From the IMG/VR virus record IMGVR_UViG_2713896776_000004: 7,927 nucleotides of DNA; one strand, written 5' to 3'. The translations under genes and the position numbers were made by a program. Position 1 is the first letter of the stretch. Every line of letters begins with the position of its first letter. The DNA comes from a virus. Taxonomy: Duplodnaviria > Heunggongvirae > Uroviricota > Caudoviricetes. Under the pieces are notes generated by a model that ran no database searches, was not told the DNA's origin, and saw nothing but the letters and a program-made list of their open reading frames with translations. This document shows, piece by piece, positions 1 to 6,154 of this stretch.

Positions 1-60
1 GACAAAGTCATCGGGCATTATCTGAACATAAAACACTATCAATAAGTTGGAGTCATTACC
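1..60 (+). mobile_element. IS1 terminal fragment: 3' end of insB plus right inverted repeat
   Basis: Frame 1 of nt 1-45 reads DKVIGHYLNIKHYQ*, which I recognise as the InsB C-terminus. The sequence ends ...AATAAGTTGGAGTCATTACC at nt 60, the IS1 terminal inverted repeat. Confidence 0.9.
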
Positions 61-150
61 GGCATCTTCAGTAAATACTGGGTTACTGATAGTGACACCA
101 ATTTCAAAACAACCTTCAGACGTATTAACGTTTGGTAATAACGTTTTCAT
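61..150 (-). pseudogene. dicB: dicB 5' fragment (codons 1-30), truncated by the IS1 end
   Basis: The reverse complement of 61-150 starts at ATG (148-150) and reads MKTLLPNVNTSEGCFEIGVTISNPVFTEDA, matching the DicB N-terminus as I remember it. The frame runs straight into the IS1 terminus at nt 60. A GAGGA Shine-Dalgarno lies at 158-162 on the - strand. Confidence 0.7.
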
Positions 151-167
151 TATCGCGTCCTCAACAA

Positions 168-315
168 TGAATTTTGTGATGCAGTGCCTGGTGCCTCCAG
201 GTGACGTTAACCAGTTAACAATTAACGCCGGATACAGAGAATCCACCCATAACACTGTTTTTGGTTTTAACTGTTCCGCGTGCGCTCAGCCGCATTCACC
301 ACATCACAAAATTCA
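168..315 (-). repeat. 14-bp perfect inverted repeat pair (168-181 and 302-315) flanking the dicF-dicB spacer
   Basis: TGAATTTTGTGATG at 168-181 and CATCACAAAATTCA at 302-315 are exact reverse complements. They sit just 3' of the DicF terminator and just 5' of the dicB Shine-Dalgarno. Confidence 0.5.
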
Positions 316-324
316 CTTTAAAAA

Positions 325-377
325 GGGCGGCAGAGCAGTCACGGAGTAAAACTGATACCGCCAAACGTCACCAGAAA
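325..377 (-). ncRNA. dicF: DicF small regulatory RNA (ftsZ/manX-targeting sRNA of the dicB operon)
   Basis: The reverse complement of 325-377 is TTTCTGGTGACGTTTGGCGGTATCAGTTTTACTCCGTGACTGCTCTGCCGCCC, followed by TTTTT. This matches the 53-nt DicF sequence from memory, including its GC-rich 3' stem and U-tract. Confidence 0.8.
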
Positions 378-402
378 ATTGATAACAGAGGGCGTTGCAG
401 CG

Positions 403-424
403 GGGTTGTCACTTAAGCGTATGG
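403..424 (+). repeat. Left copy of a 22-bp imperfect direct repeat (GGGTTGTCA core); also the half-site of a 9-bp inverted repeat with 431-439
   Basis: GGGTTGTCACTTAAGCGTATGG at 403-424 matches GGGTTGTCAGTTAAACTCGTGG at 1956-1977 at 17 of 22 positions, with an identical 9-mer core. TGACAACCC at 431-439 is the reverse complement of the core. Confidence 0.4.
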
Positions 425-755
425 TCAACCTGACAACCCGGTGTCCTCAACGGGGAAGGAATAACCCCGCCATACTTACCGCCGCGCCATTTCGCGGGTT
501 GCCACAACCGGAAGCGCACGGTCGACGAAAATTTAACGACAGGCTATCTATGAACCAGCTACCTCGCCGTGCGCTTTCGCGTTATGGTCTGACTTTTCAG
601 GGAAATATCCTTTCAGTAAACTGTCAGTGCCGGATGCTCACCCGTGTCCGGCGCACGCACTCCACCTCACCCGTGGAGAACTCCTTAATTACTAACCTTA
701 GCTTTGTTGATTAGCTACTAACGCGGGTAGCCGCGTGTCCACTATTGCTGGGTAA

Positions 756-1685
756 GATCAACCATCTTACGGTGAACTGATCCAGATTGATGGCTCACCT
801 CATGACTGGTTTGAAAATCGAGGCCCCAGATGTACACTGATCGTTTTCATTGATGATGCCGCCAGTGCGTTGATGGCGTTGCGTTTTGTGCCTGCTGAAA
901 CAACCCGGGCTTACATGGAAACCCTCCGGGGTTACCTTAATGATCATGGCGTACCGCTCGCTCTCTACTCTGATAGACACAGTATATTCAGGGTAAATAA
1001 CCCAGAGCGGGAAGGTGAGCTGACCCAGTTCACTCGTGCGATAAAGACACTGGGCATCGAGCCAATCCATGCCAACAGCCCGCAGGCAAAAGGGCGGGTA
1101 GAGCGCGCCAATCAGACACTACAGGACAGGCTGGTCAAAGAAATGCGGCTTCAGAATATCAGTGATATTGAAACAGCAAATGCATGGTTGCCGACTTTTA
1201 TTGAAGCCTATAACAACCGGTTCGCTACGTCGCCTCGTACTACTGATAATGCTCATCTTGATGTGCACCATTCTGAAGAGGAACTGGGTTATATCTTCAG
1301 CCTACAGGCGAAGCGCGTTCTGTCTAAAAATCTCACTTTCCAGTACAAAAGCAGTGCGTTTCAGGTACGCAGTGAGAGCCGGGGATATCGACTTAGGCAT
1401 TCGGTTGTTACTGTATGCGAGAACTTTGACGGTGAAATTAACGTTCTGTATGACGGGAAAGCGCTGGGCTGGGAAAAGTATGTTGATGGCCCGGAGCCTA
1501 TACCACTGGATGATGAAAAGAGTGTCCATGAACGAGTGGATAATGCCCGTATTGATTTACGCTCAAAATACTATGTTAAACCTAAAGCTGACCATCCCTG
1601 GCTTACGCGCCGAACGCAAAGTCATCAGCAAGTTAAGCCCCCGAAGTTACCTAAAAAGAAGCCTGATCCCGATAAAAAAGATTGA
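756..1685 (+). pseudogene. rve (integrase-core) DDE transposase remnant, N-terminal domain missing
   Basis: The open frame from 756 contains IQIDGSPHDWFE...LIVFIDDAAS...LYSDRHSIF...ANSPQAKGRVERANQTLQDRL, a D, D, E integrase-core pattern, and ends in a lysine-rich tail. An in-frame stop at 753-755 leaves no room for an N-terminal DNA-binding domain. The first ATG is at 873. The IS family is not assigned. Confidence 0.6.
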
Positions 1686-1739
1686 AACCAAGATCGATTC
1701 GGTTGAGTGCATATCCATTCATAGGGTAGATTCTTAAGT

Positions 1740-1805
1740 CGCGTTTCTGGTGTTCATTTTCGGGTGGTTTGTTACTTGTTTTACCGGGGATATGCCAGAA
1801 ACGCG
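1740..1805. repeat. 11-bp perfect inverted repeat with a 44-nt spacer, just after the transposase remnant
   Basis: CGCGTTTCTGG at 1740-1750 and CCAGAAACGCG at 1795-1805 are exact reverse complements. Confidence 0.4.
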
Positions 1806-1955
1806 CTGAGTCAGTCTGGGCGGTGCGCGTAATGAGGCGTTATGGTAAATAGCCTATGCTAATGTCCGCTAAGAGCAAGAAGCGGAAGTTGGCAGTTTTG
1901 TGGACTGTCCCCACAAAAGTGACTACAGAAATAGTTGCAATTCATAATTGATCAT

Positions 1956-1977
1956 GGGTTGTCAGTTAAACTCGTGG
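1956..1977 (+). repeat. Right copy of the 22-bp imperfect direct repeat (GGGTTGTCA core)
   Basis: See the 403-424 entry; 17 of 22 positions are identical, including the 9-mer GGGTTGTCA. Confidence 0.4.
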
Positions 1978-2084
1978 CGATTTAAATAGACTAATTGGGA
2001 GTGCGTCCATTACTTATATCTTGTAATGTTAACTATCAGAAATGATACAAAGATAATATGTCTTTAAAGAAAAGGCTGATGGCG

Positions 2085-2107
2085 AAAAGTGGCCCGATGA
2101 GGGCCAC
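2085..2107 (-). terminator. Putative intrinsic terminator downstream of flxA
   Basis: A 7-bp perfect stem GTGGCCC/GGGCCAC with a 5-nt loop lies at 2089-2107. On the - strand it is followed by TTTTCGCC, a short U-run, so it is probably weak. Confidence 0.4.
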
Positions 2108-2121
2108 AATACGGCTGTCAC

Positions 2122-2454
2122 TTAGACGTAAATATCAATGGTGCCAGCGGTATTTGTATCGTCTTTTTTCTCTTCTTTTTTATCAGGCTGAACTGTCGCG
2201 TCTTCATTCTTTTTCTCTGCCTGCTGCCTTAACAACTGCTCCAGTTGAGCCCAGAGGCTTTCAATTTGCTTCTGTACCAATGCAGCCATTTCTTTTTTCT
2301 GCTGTGTCGTCATCCCCTCTTCCGATGAGATTTTCCCAAGCTTTTCAGTCAGCACCTGAATTTGTCTTGTGATTTTGGCTATTTCTGATGTTCCTTCCGG
2401 GGCGGAGTTGTTTGAAATAACGGTTGAGGTATTTCCCTGAATTGTGACAGACAT
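2122..2454 (-). CDS. flxA: FlxA (FliA-regulated prophage protein)
   Basis: The 110-aa translation MSVTIQGNTSTVISNNSAPEGTSEIAKITRQ...TAGTIDIYV matches FlxA of the Qin prophage as I recall it. A GGAG Shine-Dalgarno precedes the ATG and a sigma28 promoter lies upstream. Confidence 0.9.
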   Translation of the reverse strand: MSVTIQGNTSTVISNNSAPEGTSEIAKITRQIQVLTEKLGKISSEEGMTTQQKKEMAALVQKQIESLWAQLEQLLRQQAEKKNEDATVQPDKKEEKKDDTNTAGTIDIYV

Positions 2455-2477
2455 AGATTTCTCCTTTTAAAAAAGCA

Positions 2478-2504
2478 CTATCGGCATGAACAAAAAAATC
2501 TTTA
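2478..2504 (-). promoter_or_regulatory. sigma28 (FliA) class-3 flagellar-type promoter for flxA
   Basis: The - strand reads TAAAGATT, then an 11-nt spacer, then GCCGATAG. The consensus is TAAAGTTT-N11-GCCGATAA. It sits about 25-50 nt upstream of the flxA start. Confidence 0.75.
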
Positions 2505-2656
2505 ATCGTATTTCTTGTGTCATTAATTGTTTGATGTTCAGATTGTTTTCCTCGCGGGCTGGCGCGCCTCAGAAAGTAAAGCTTGTTGACAGGGGTAAAC
2601 GTTCGGCAATAATTTTCTGCCGCATGCGGGTGTTGCATAAAACGTGTTACGTTCCT

Positions 2657-2962
2657 TTATCGACAGGTCAGGTCACCGCTCACCCGCCGACGAGAAAGCA
2701 ACACTGACATGCTAAAGCAAAAAATAGATGAATAAGTTGAGTTGTGCATATGTAGCCTGACCGTCACAAAGTATATGGTGTCTGTACCAGTAAGATGATG
2801 GCCGGACTCTTTAAAAACGAGCTGACCTGCACAATACAGGATGGACTTAGCAATGGCTGCTCCTGGCAGAAAGCGGACAGTGATCACCGTTCTTACGACT
2901 ACTTTCTGACTTCCTTCGTGACTTGCCCTAAGCATGTTGTAGTGCGATACTTGTAATGACAT
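2657..2962 (-). CDS. Doubtful 101-aa ORF, possibly the ydfV-equivalent reading frame
   Basis: This is a 101-aa ORF between flxA and relB, co-directional with flxA. Its length and position fit my memory of ydfV in K-12. The composition is poor (Ser/Arg/Val-rich) and the start codon lies inside the relBE operator, so it may not be expressed. Confidence 0.25.
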   Translation of the reverse strand: MSLQVSHYNMLRASHEGSQKVVVRTVITVRFLPGAAIAKSILYCAGQLVFKESGHHLTGTDTIYFVTVRLHMHNSTYSSIFCFSMSVLLSRRRVSGDLTCR

Positions 2963-2986
2963 TTGTAATTACAAGAGGTGTAAGAC
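2923..2986 (+). promoter_or_regulatory. relBE promoter and operator (relO)
   Basis: Operator repeats TTGTAAT-gacat-TTGTAATTACAA lie at 2951-2974; the last 12 nt are a perfect palindrome. A candidate -35 TTGCCC (2923-2928) and -10 GATACT (2946-2951) are 17 nt apart. The promoter elements are tentative. Confidence 0.6.
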
Positions 2987-3226
2987 ATGGGTAGCATTAA
3001 CCTGCGTATTGACGATGAACTTAAAGCGCGTTCTTACGCCGCGCTTGAAAAAATGGGTGTAACTCCTTCTGAAGCGCTTCGTCTCATGCTCGAGTATATC
3101 GCTGACAATGAACGCTTGCCGTTCAAACAGACACTCCTGAGTGATGAAGATGCTGAACTTGTGGAGATAGTGAAAGAACGGCTTCGTAATCCTAAGCCAG
3201 TACGTGTGACGCTGGATGAACTCTGA
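2987..3226 (+). CDS. relB: RelB antitoxin
   Basis: The 79-aa translation MGSINLRIDDELKARSYAALEKMGVTPSEALRLMLEYIADNERLPFKQTLLSDEDAELVEIVKERLRNPKPVRVTLDEL is near-identical to E. coli RelB from memory. Its stop overlaps the relE start (TGATG). Confidence 0.95.
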   Translation: MGSINLRIDDELKARSYAALEKMGVTPSEALRLMLEYIADNERLPFKQTLLSDEDAELVEIVKERLRNPKPVRVTLDEL

Positions 3227-3513
3227 TGGCGTATTTTCTGGATTTTGACGAGCGGGCACTAAAGGAATGGCGAAAGCTGGGCTCGACGGTACGTGAACAG
3301 TTGAAAAAGAAGCTGGTTGAAGTACTTGAGTCACCCCGGATTGAAGCAAACAAGCTCCGTGGTATGCCTGATTGTTACAAGATTAAGCTCCGGTCTTCAG
3401 GCTATCGCCTTGTATACCAGGTTATAGACGAGAAAGTTGTCGTTTTCGTGATTTCTGTTGGGAAAAGAGAACGCTCGGAAGTATATAGCGAGGCGGTCAA
3501 ACGCATTCTCTGA
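3226..3513 (+). CDS. relE: RelE mRNA-interferase toxin
   Basis: The 95-aa translation MAYFLDFDERALKEWRKLGSTVREQLKKKL...VISVGKRERSEVYSEAVKRIL matches RelE. It is translationally coupled to relB. Confidence 0.95.
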   Translation: MAYFLDFDERALKEWRKLGSTVREQLKKKLVEVLESPRIEANKLRGMPDCYKIKLRSSGYRLVYQVIDEKVVVFVISVGKRERSEVYSEAVKRIL

Positions 3514-3584
3514 ACCAAAGCATGACATCTCTGTTTCGCACCGAAGGTGACACTTCTGCTTTGCGTTGACAGGAGAAGCAGGCT

Positions 3585-3740
3585 ATGAAGCAGCAAAAGG
3601 CGATGTTAATCGCCCTGATCGTCATCTGTTTAACCGTCATAGTGACGGCACTGGTAACGAGGAAAGACCTCTGCGAGGTACGAATCCGAACCGGCCAGAC
3701 GGAGGTCGCTGTCTTCACAGCTTACGAACCTGAGGAGTAA
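3585..3740 (+). CDS. hokD: HokD (RelF), Hok-family small membrane toxin
   Basis: This 51-aa ORF is below the ORF-track size cutoff. It reads MKQQKAMLIALIVICLTVIVTALVTRKDLCEVRIRTGQTEVAVFTAYEPEE, with a hydrophobic helix and the Hok C-terminal motif. An AGGAG lies 11 nt upstream of the ATG. Confidence 0.9.
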   Translation: MKQQKAMLIALIVICLTVIVTALVTRKDLCEVRIRTGQTEVAVFTAYEPEE

Positions 3741-3808
3741 GAGACTCGGCGAGTGAGAAATCCCTCGCCACCTCTGATGTGGCAGGCATCCTCAACGCAC
3801 CCGCACTT

Positions 3809-3840
3809 AACCCGCTTCGGCGGGTTTTTGTTTTTATTTT
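3809..3840 (+). terminator. Intrinsic terminator of the relB-relE-hokD operon
   Basis: The stem is CCCGC-ttcg-GCGGG, followed by TTTTTGTTTTTATTTT. Confidence 0.8.
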
Positions 3841-3956
3841 CAACGCATTTGAAGTTCTGGATGGTGCCGGAATAGAATCAAAAATACTTAAGTAGCGCGC
3901 AGGGATAAGAGGGATGGTCCCTTAAAGGGGAGAGCTAATTATCCGGAAGGATTCTG

Positions 3957-4208
3957 ATGATGAACATCGAAGAACTGCGTAAAATTTTTTGTGAAGATGG
4001 CCTCTATGCTGTGTGCGTTGAAAATGGAAATATTGCTAGTCATTACCGCATTGTGTGTTTGCAAAAAAATGGGGCTGCGTTAATTAATTATGTGGATGCC
4101 CGAGTGACGGACGGATTTATCTTGCGCGACGGTGAGTTTGTCACTTCATTACAGGCATTGAAAGAGATCGGAATAAAAGCTGGCTTTTCTGCTTTTTCAG
4201 AAGAATAA
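3957..4208 (+). CDS. rem: Rem-like prophage protein of unknown function
   Basis: The 83-aa translation MMNIEELRKIFCEDGLYAVCVENGNIASHYRIVCLQKNGAALINYVDARVTDGFILRDGEFVTSLQALKEIGIKAGFSAFSEE fits my memory of Qin Rem. It has a GGAAGG ribosome-binding site, is AT-rich, and sits immediately downstream of hokD as in K-12. Confidence 0.75.
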   Translation: MMNIEELRKIFCEDGLYAVCVENGNIASHYRIVCLQKNGAALINYVDARVTDGFILRDGEFVTSLQALKEIGIKAGFSAFSEE

Positions 4209-4274
4209 ACTCATCTACAATCTTGCGCGGGGCTGAACTCCCGCTGAGTAACACCGTGCCACCGGAGAAAACCG

Positions 4275-4553
4275 ATGGCACGCAACGCAAAATATTACAA
4301 TCATGATAATTCGACCGTTCTTGCCCACACGCACGAGCGGTATTCTCACGCATTTAAGTCAGACTGGTACCAGCATCCCCCATGCACTGAAGAACAGGCC
4401 GAATGGCTCATTCAGTGTTACCGCAGGCGCGGATGCGAGGTTAAAAAAGCCCTTAGCCTCGACTACCGTCACTGGATAATCTCCGTCAGGCTTCCTTACT
4501 CCGAACGCCCACCGCGTCCGTCCCGCACATTCCAGCAACGCATCTGGAGGTAA
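4275..4553 (+). CDS. Hypothetical small Cys/His-containing prophage protein (92 aa), translationally coupled to the DUF968 gene
   Basis: A GGAG lies 7 nt upstream of the ATG at 4275. The translation MARNAKYYNHDNSTVLAHTHERYSHAFKSDWYQHPPCTEEQAEWLIQCYRRRGCEVKK... has no stops. Its TAA (4551-4553) sits between the GGAGG and the GTG start of the next gene. I could not assign a family. Confidence 0.5.
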   Translation: MARNAKYYNHDNSTVLAHTHERYSHAFKSDWYQHPPCTEEQAEWLIQCYRRRGCEVKKALSLDYRHWIISVRLPYSERPPRPSRTFQQRIWR

Positions 4554-4554
4554 C

Positions 4555-5604
4555 GTGCGGGTATTACTTCGACCTGTTCTGGTACCGGAACTCGGGCTGG
4601 TGATCGTTAAGCCGGGCCGTGAACCCATGCCGGTATTCCACAATACCCGGTTACTGGTGGAGCCGGAACCGAAAAGCATGCGTAATCTGCCGTCCGGGGT
4701 CGTTCCTGCCGCTCGCCAGCCGCTGGTGGAAGACAAAACATTGCTGCCGTTTTTCAGTAACGCACGGGTGATTCGTGCTGCTGGTGGTGCTGGTGCATTG
4801 TCTGACTGGCTGTTGCGCCATATTAAATCCTGCCAGTGGCCACACGGCGATTATCATCACAGCGAAACCGTCATTCACCGTTATGGTACCGGCGCAATGG
4901 TGTTGTGCTGGCACTGCGACAACCAGCTGCGTGACCAGACATCCGAATCACTCGAGCAACTAGCTCATCAAAACCTGTCAGCATGGATGATTGACGTCAT
5001 CGGTCACGCAATAAGCGGTACGCAGGAGCGTGAATTATCTCTGGCTGAATTATCCTGGTGGGCGGTCCGCAATCAGGTGGCGGACGCGCTACCGGAAGCG
5101 GTATTACGTCGTTCGCTGGGGTTGCGTGCGGAAAAAATCCGCTCAATGTACCGTGAAAGCGACATCGTACCGGGAGAGCAGACCGCCACCAGCATACTGA
5201 AACAGCGCACAAAAAATCTTGCACCGTTGCCTCACGCCCACCAGCAACAAAACCCATCACAAGAAAAGACGGTGGTAAGCATCACCGTTGATCCAGAGTC
5301 TCCGGAATCTTTCATGAAGCTGCCTAAACGTCACCGTTGGGTTAAGGAGAAATACACACGCTGGGTTAAGACACAGCCGTGTGCTTGCTGCGGTATGCCA
5401 GCCGACGATCCGCATCATCTGATTGGTCACGGGCAGGGCGGAATGGGAACCAAAGCACATGATCTCTTTGTGTTGCCTTTGTGCAGAAAGCATCACGACG
5501 AGTTGCATACGGATACCGTGGCATTTGAAGAGAAGTATGGCTCCCAACTGGAGCTGATTTTTCGATTTATCGATCGCGCGCTGGCAATTGGTGTGCTGGC
5601 CTAA
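4555..5604 (+). CDS. ydfU: DUF968-family prophage protein with a C-terminal HNH-like motif (YdfU-like)
   Basis: The 349-aa ORF has a GTG start with GGAGG 4 nt upstream. The C-terminus contains CACCG...[10 protein letters not shown]...[10 protein letters not shown] (a Cys pair, His-His and H-x3-H), typical of a beta-beta-alpha-metal HNH fold. A second Cys/His cluster ([11 protein letters not shown]...LCWHCDN) lies near residues 93-122. The size and position after rem match K-12 ydfU. Confidence 0.8.
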   Translation: MRVLLRPVLVPELGLVIVKPGREPMPVFHNTRLLVEPEPKSMRNLPSGVVPAARQPLVEDKTLLPFFSNARVIRAAGGAGALSDWLLRHIKSCQWPHGDYHHSETVIHRYGTGAMVLCWHCDNQLRDQTSESLEQLAHQNLSAWMIDVIGHAISGTQERELSLAELSWWAVRNQVADALPEAVLRRSLGLRAEKIRSMYRESDIVPGEQTATSILKQRTKNLAPLPHAHQQQNPSQEKTVVSITVDPESPESFMKLPKRHRWVKEKYTRWVKTQPCACCGMPADDPHHLIGHGQGGMGTKAHDLFVLPLCRKHHDELHTDTVAFEEKYGSQLELIFRFIDRALAIGVLA

Positions 5605-5621
5605 TTTTGTGGAGTAAGTTG

Positions 5622-5999
5622 ATGCGTGATATTCAGATGGTTCTTGAGCGTTGGGGGGCATGGGCTGCTAATAATCATGAAGATGTGACCTGGTCGTCCA
5701 TTGCCGCCGGTTTTAAGGGATTAATTCCTTCAAAAGTAAGATCTCGTCCGCAATGCTGTGACGATGACGCGATGATCATTTGTGAATGTATGGCTCGCCT
5801 GAAAAAAAACAACAGCGATTTACATGATTTATTGGTGGACTATTATGTCGGCGGCATGACTTTTATGGCGCTTGCACGTAAGCATGGGCGATCTGATTGT
5901 TGGGTTGGCAGGATGCTCCAGAAAGCTGAGGGCGTAGTGGAGGGCATGCTGATGGTGTTGGATCTCCGATTGGAGATGGATGCTGATTGTTCGAAATAA
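5622..5999 (+). CDS. Late-gene antiterminator Q (small phage-21/QuuD-like class)
   Basis: ATG at 5622 with GGAG 6 nt upstream gives 125 aa. The translation [34 protein letters not shown]...[37 protein letters not shown]... matches my memory of the DLP12 QuuD / phage 21 Q family. The ORF-track start at 5607 is a TTG that I consider less likely. Confidence 0.75.
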   Translation: MRDIQMVLERWGAWAANNHEDVTWSSIAAGFKGLIPSKVRSRPQCCDDDAMIICECMARLKKNNSDLHDLLVDYYVGGMTFMALARKHGRSDCWVGRMLQKAEGVVEGMLMVLDLRLEMDADCSK

Positions 6000-6011
6000 T
6001 TAAAGGAAAAG

Positions 6012-6040
6012 TTGCTGTCTGATTTTCATTAGTCTAACAT
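6012..6040 (+). promoter_or_regulatory. Candidate late promoter PR' (Q-utilisation region)
   Basis: -35 TTGCTG (6012-6017), a 17-nt spacer, then -10 TAACAT (6035-6040). It lies 13 nt after the Q stop and about 60 nt upstream of a strong terminator, as expected for a PR'/qut/tR' module. Confidence 0.4.
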
Positions 6041-6097
6041 TTTAAATGTTGGAATCGCAACGTAGTTATTATCATATAACAGCTTGTTTCCTGATTT

Positions 6098-6128
6098 AGC
6101 CAGCCTCCCCAAAGGCTGGTTTTTTTCT
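6098..6128 (+). terminator. tR'-like intrinsic terminator downstream of Q
   Basis: AGCCAGCC-tcccc aaa-GGCTGGTT stem followed by TTTTTTT. Confidence 0.75.
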
Positions 6129-6154
6129 AATAAGTATCATTTCGGGTGGGGATT

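Noticed and set aside
47-349. 100-aa + strand ORF
   Set aside because: It starts inside the IS1 terminus and runs antisense across the dicB fragment and the dicF-dicB spacer. It has no ribosome-binding site and is explained by the - strand features.
379-714. 111-aa + strand ORF, considered as a frameshifted N-terminal domain of the transposase
   Set aside because: It is in a different frame from the rve remnant, is Arg/Pro-rich and shows no helix-turn-helix or other recognisable motif. It is most likely non-coding, though an ISfinder search could revise this.
795-1737. ORFs 795..1070 (-), 1162..1737 (+) and 1302..1529 (-)
   Set aside because: All overlap the transposase-remnant reading frame in other frames or on the other strand and have no independent support.
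1896-1918. 8-bp hairpin TTTTGTGG-actgtcc-CCACAAAA
   Set aside because: It is short, has no flanking U-tract on either strand and is not linked to any gene end. Chance is an adequate explanation.
2058-2707. ORFs 2058..2372 (+), 2345..2638 (-) and 2486..2707 (+)
   Set aside because: They overlap flxA or its sigma28 promoter region, have low-complexity composition and lack ribosome-binding sites.
2969-3718. - strand ORFs 2969..3349, 3402..3596 and 3497..3718, antisense to relB, relE and hokD
   Set aside because: They mirror strongly supported + strand genes. I considered whether 3497..3718 could mark a sok-like antisense element, but it is a protein-frame artefact with no promoter or terminator signature.
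4722-4787. Two Chi sites (GCTGGTGG) 58 bp apart on the + strand inside the DUF968 gene
   Set aside because: Chi occurs about once per 4-5 kb in E. coli, so two in 8 kb is expected. Here they come from a repeated GCTGGTGGTGCTGGTG coding motif.
4141-5661. ORFs 4141..4353 (-), 4359..4736 (-), 4651..4914 (-), 4775..4963 (+), 4997..5260 (-) and 5257..5661 (-)
   Set aside because: They overlap rem, the small ORF, the DUF968 gene or Q. They are GC-rich frame artefacts with no start context.
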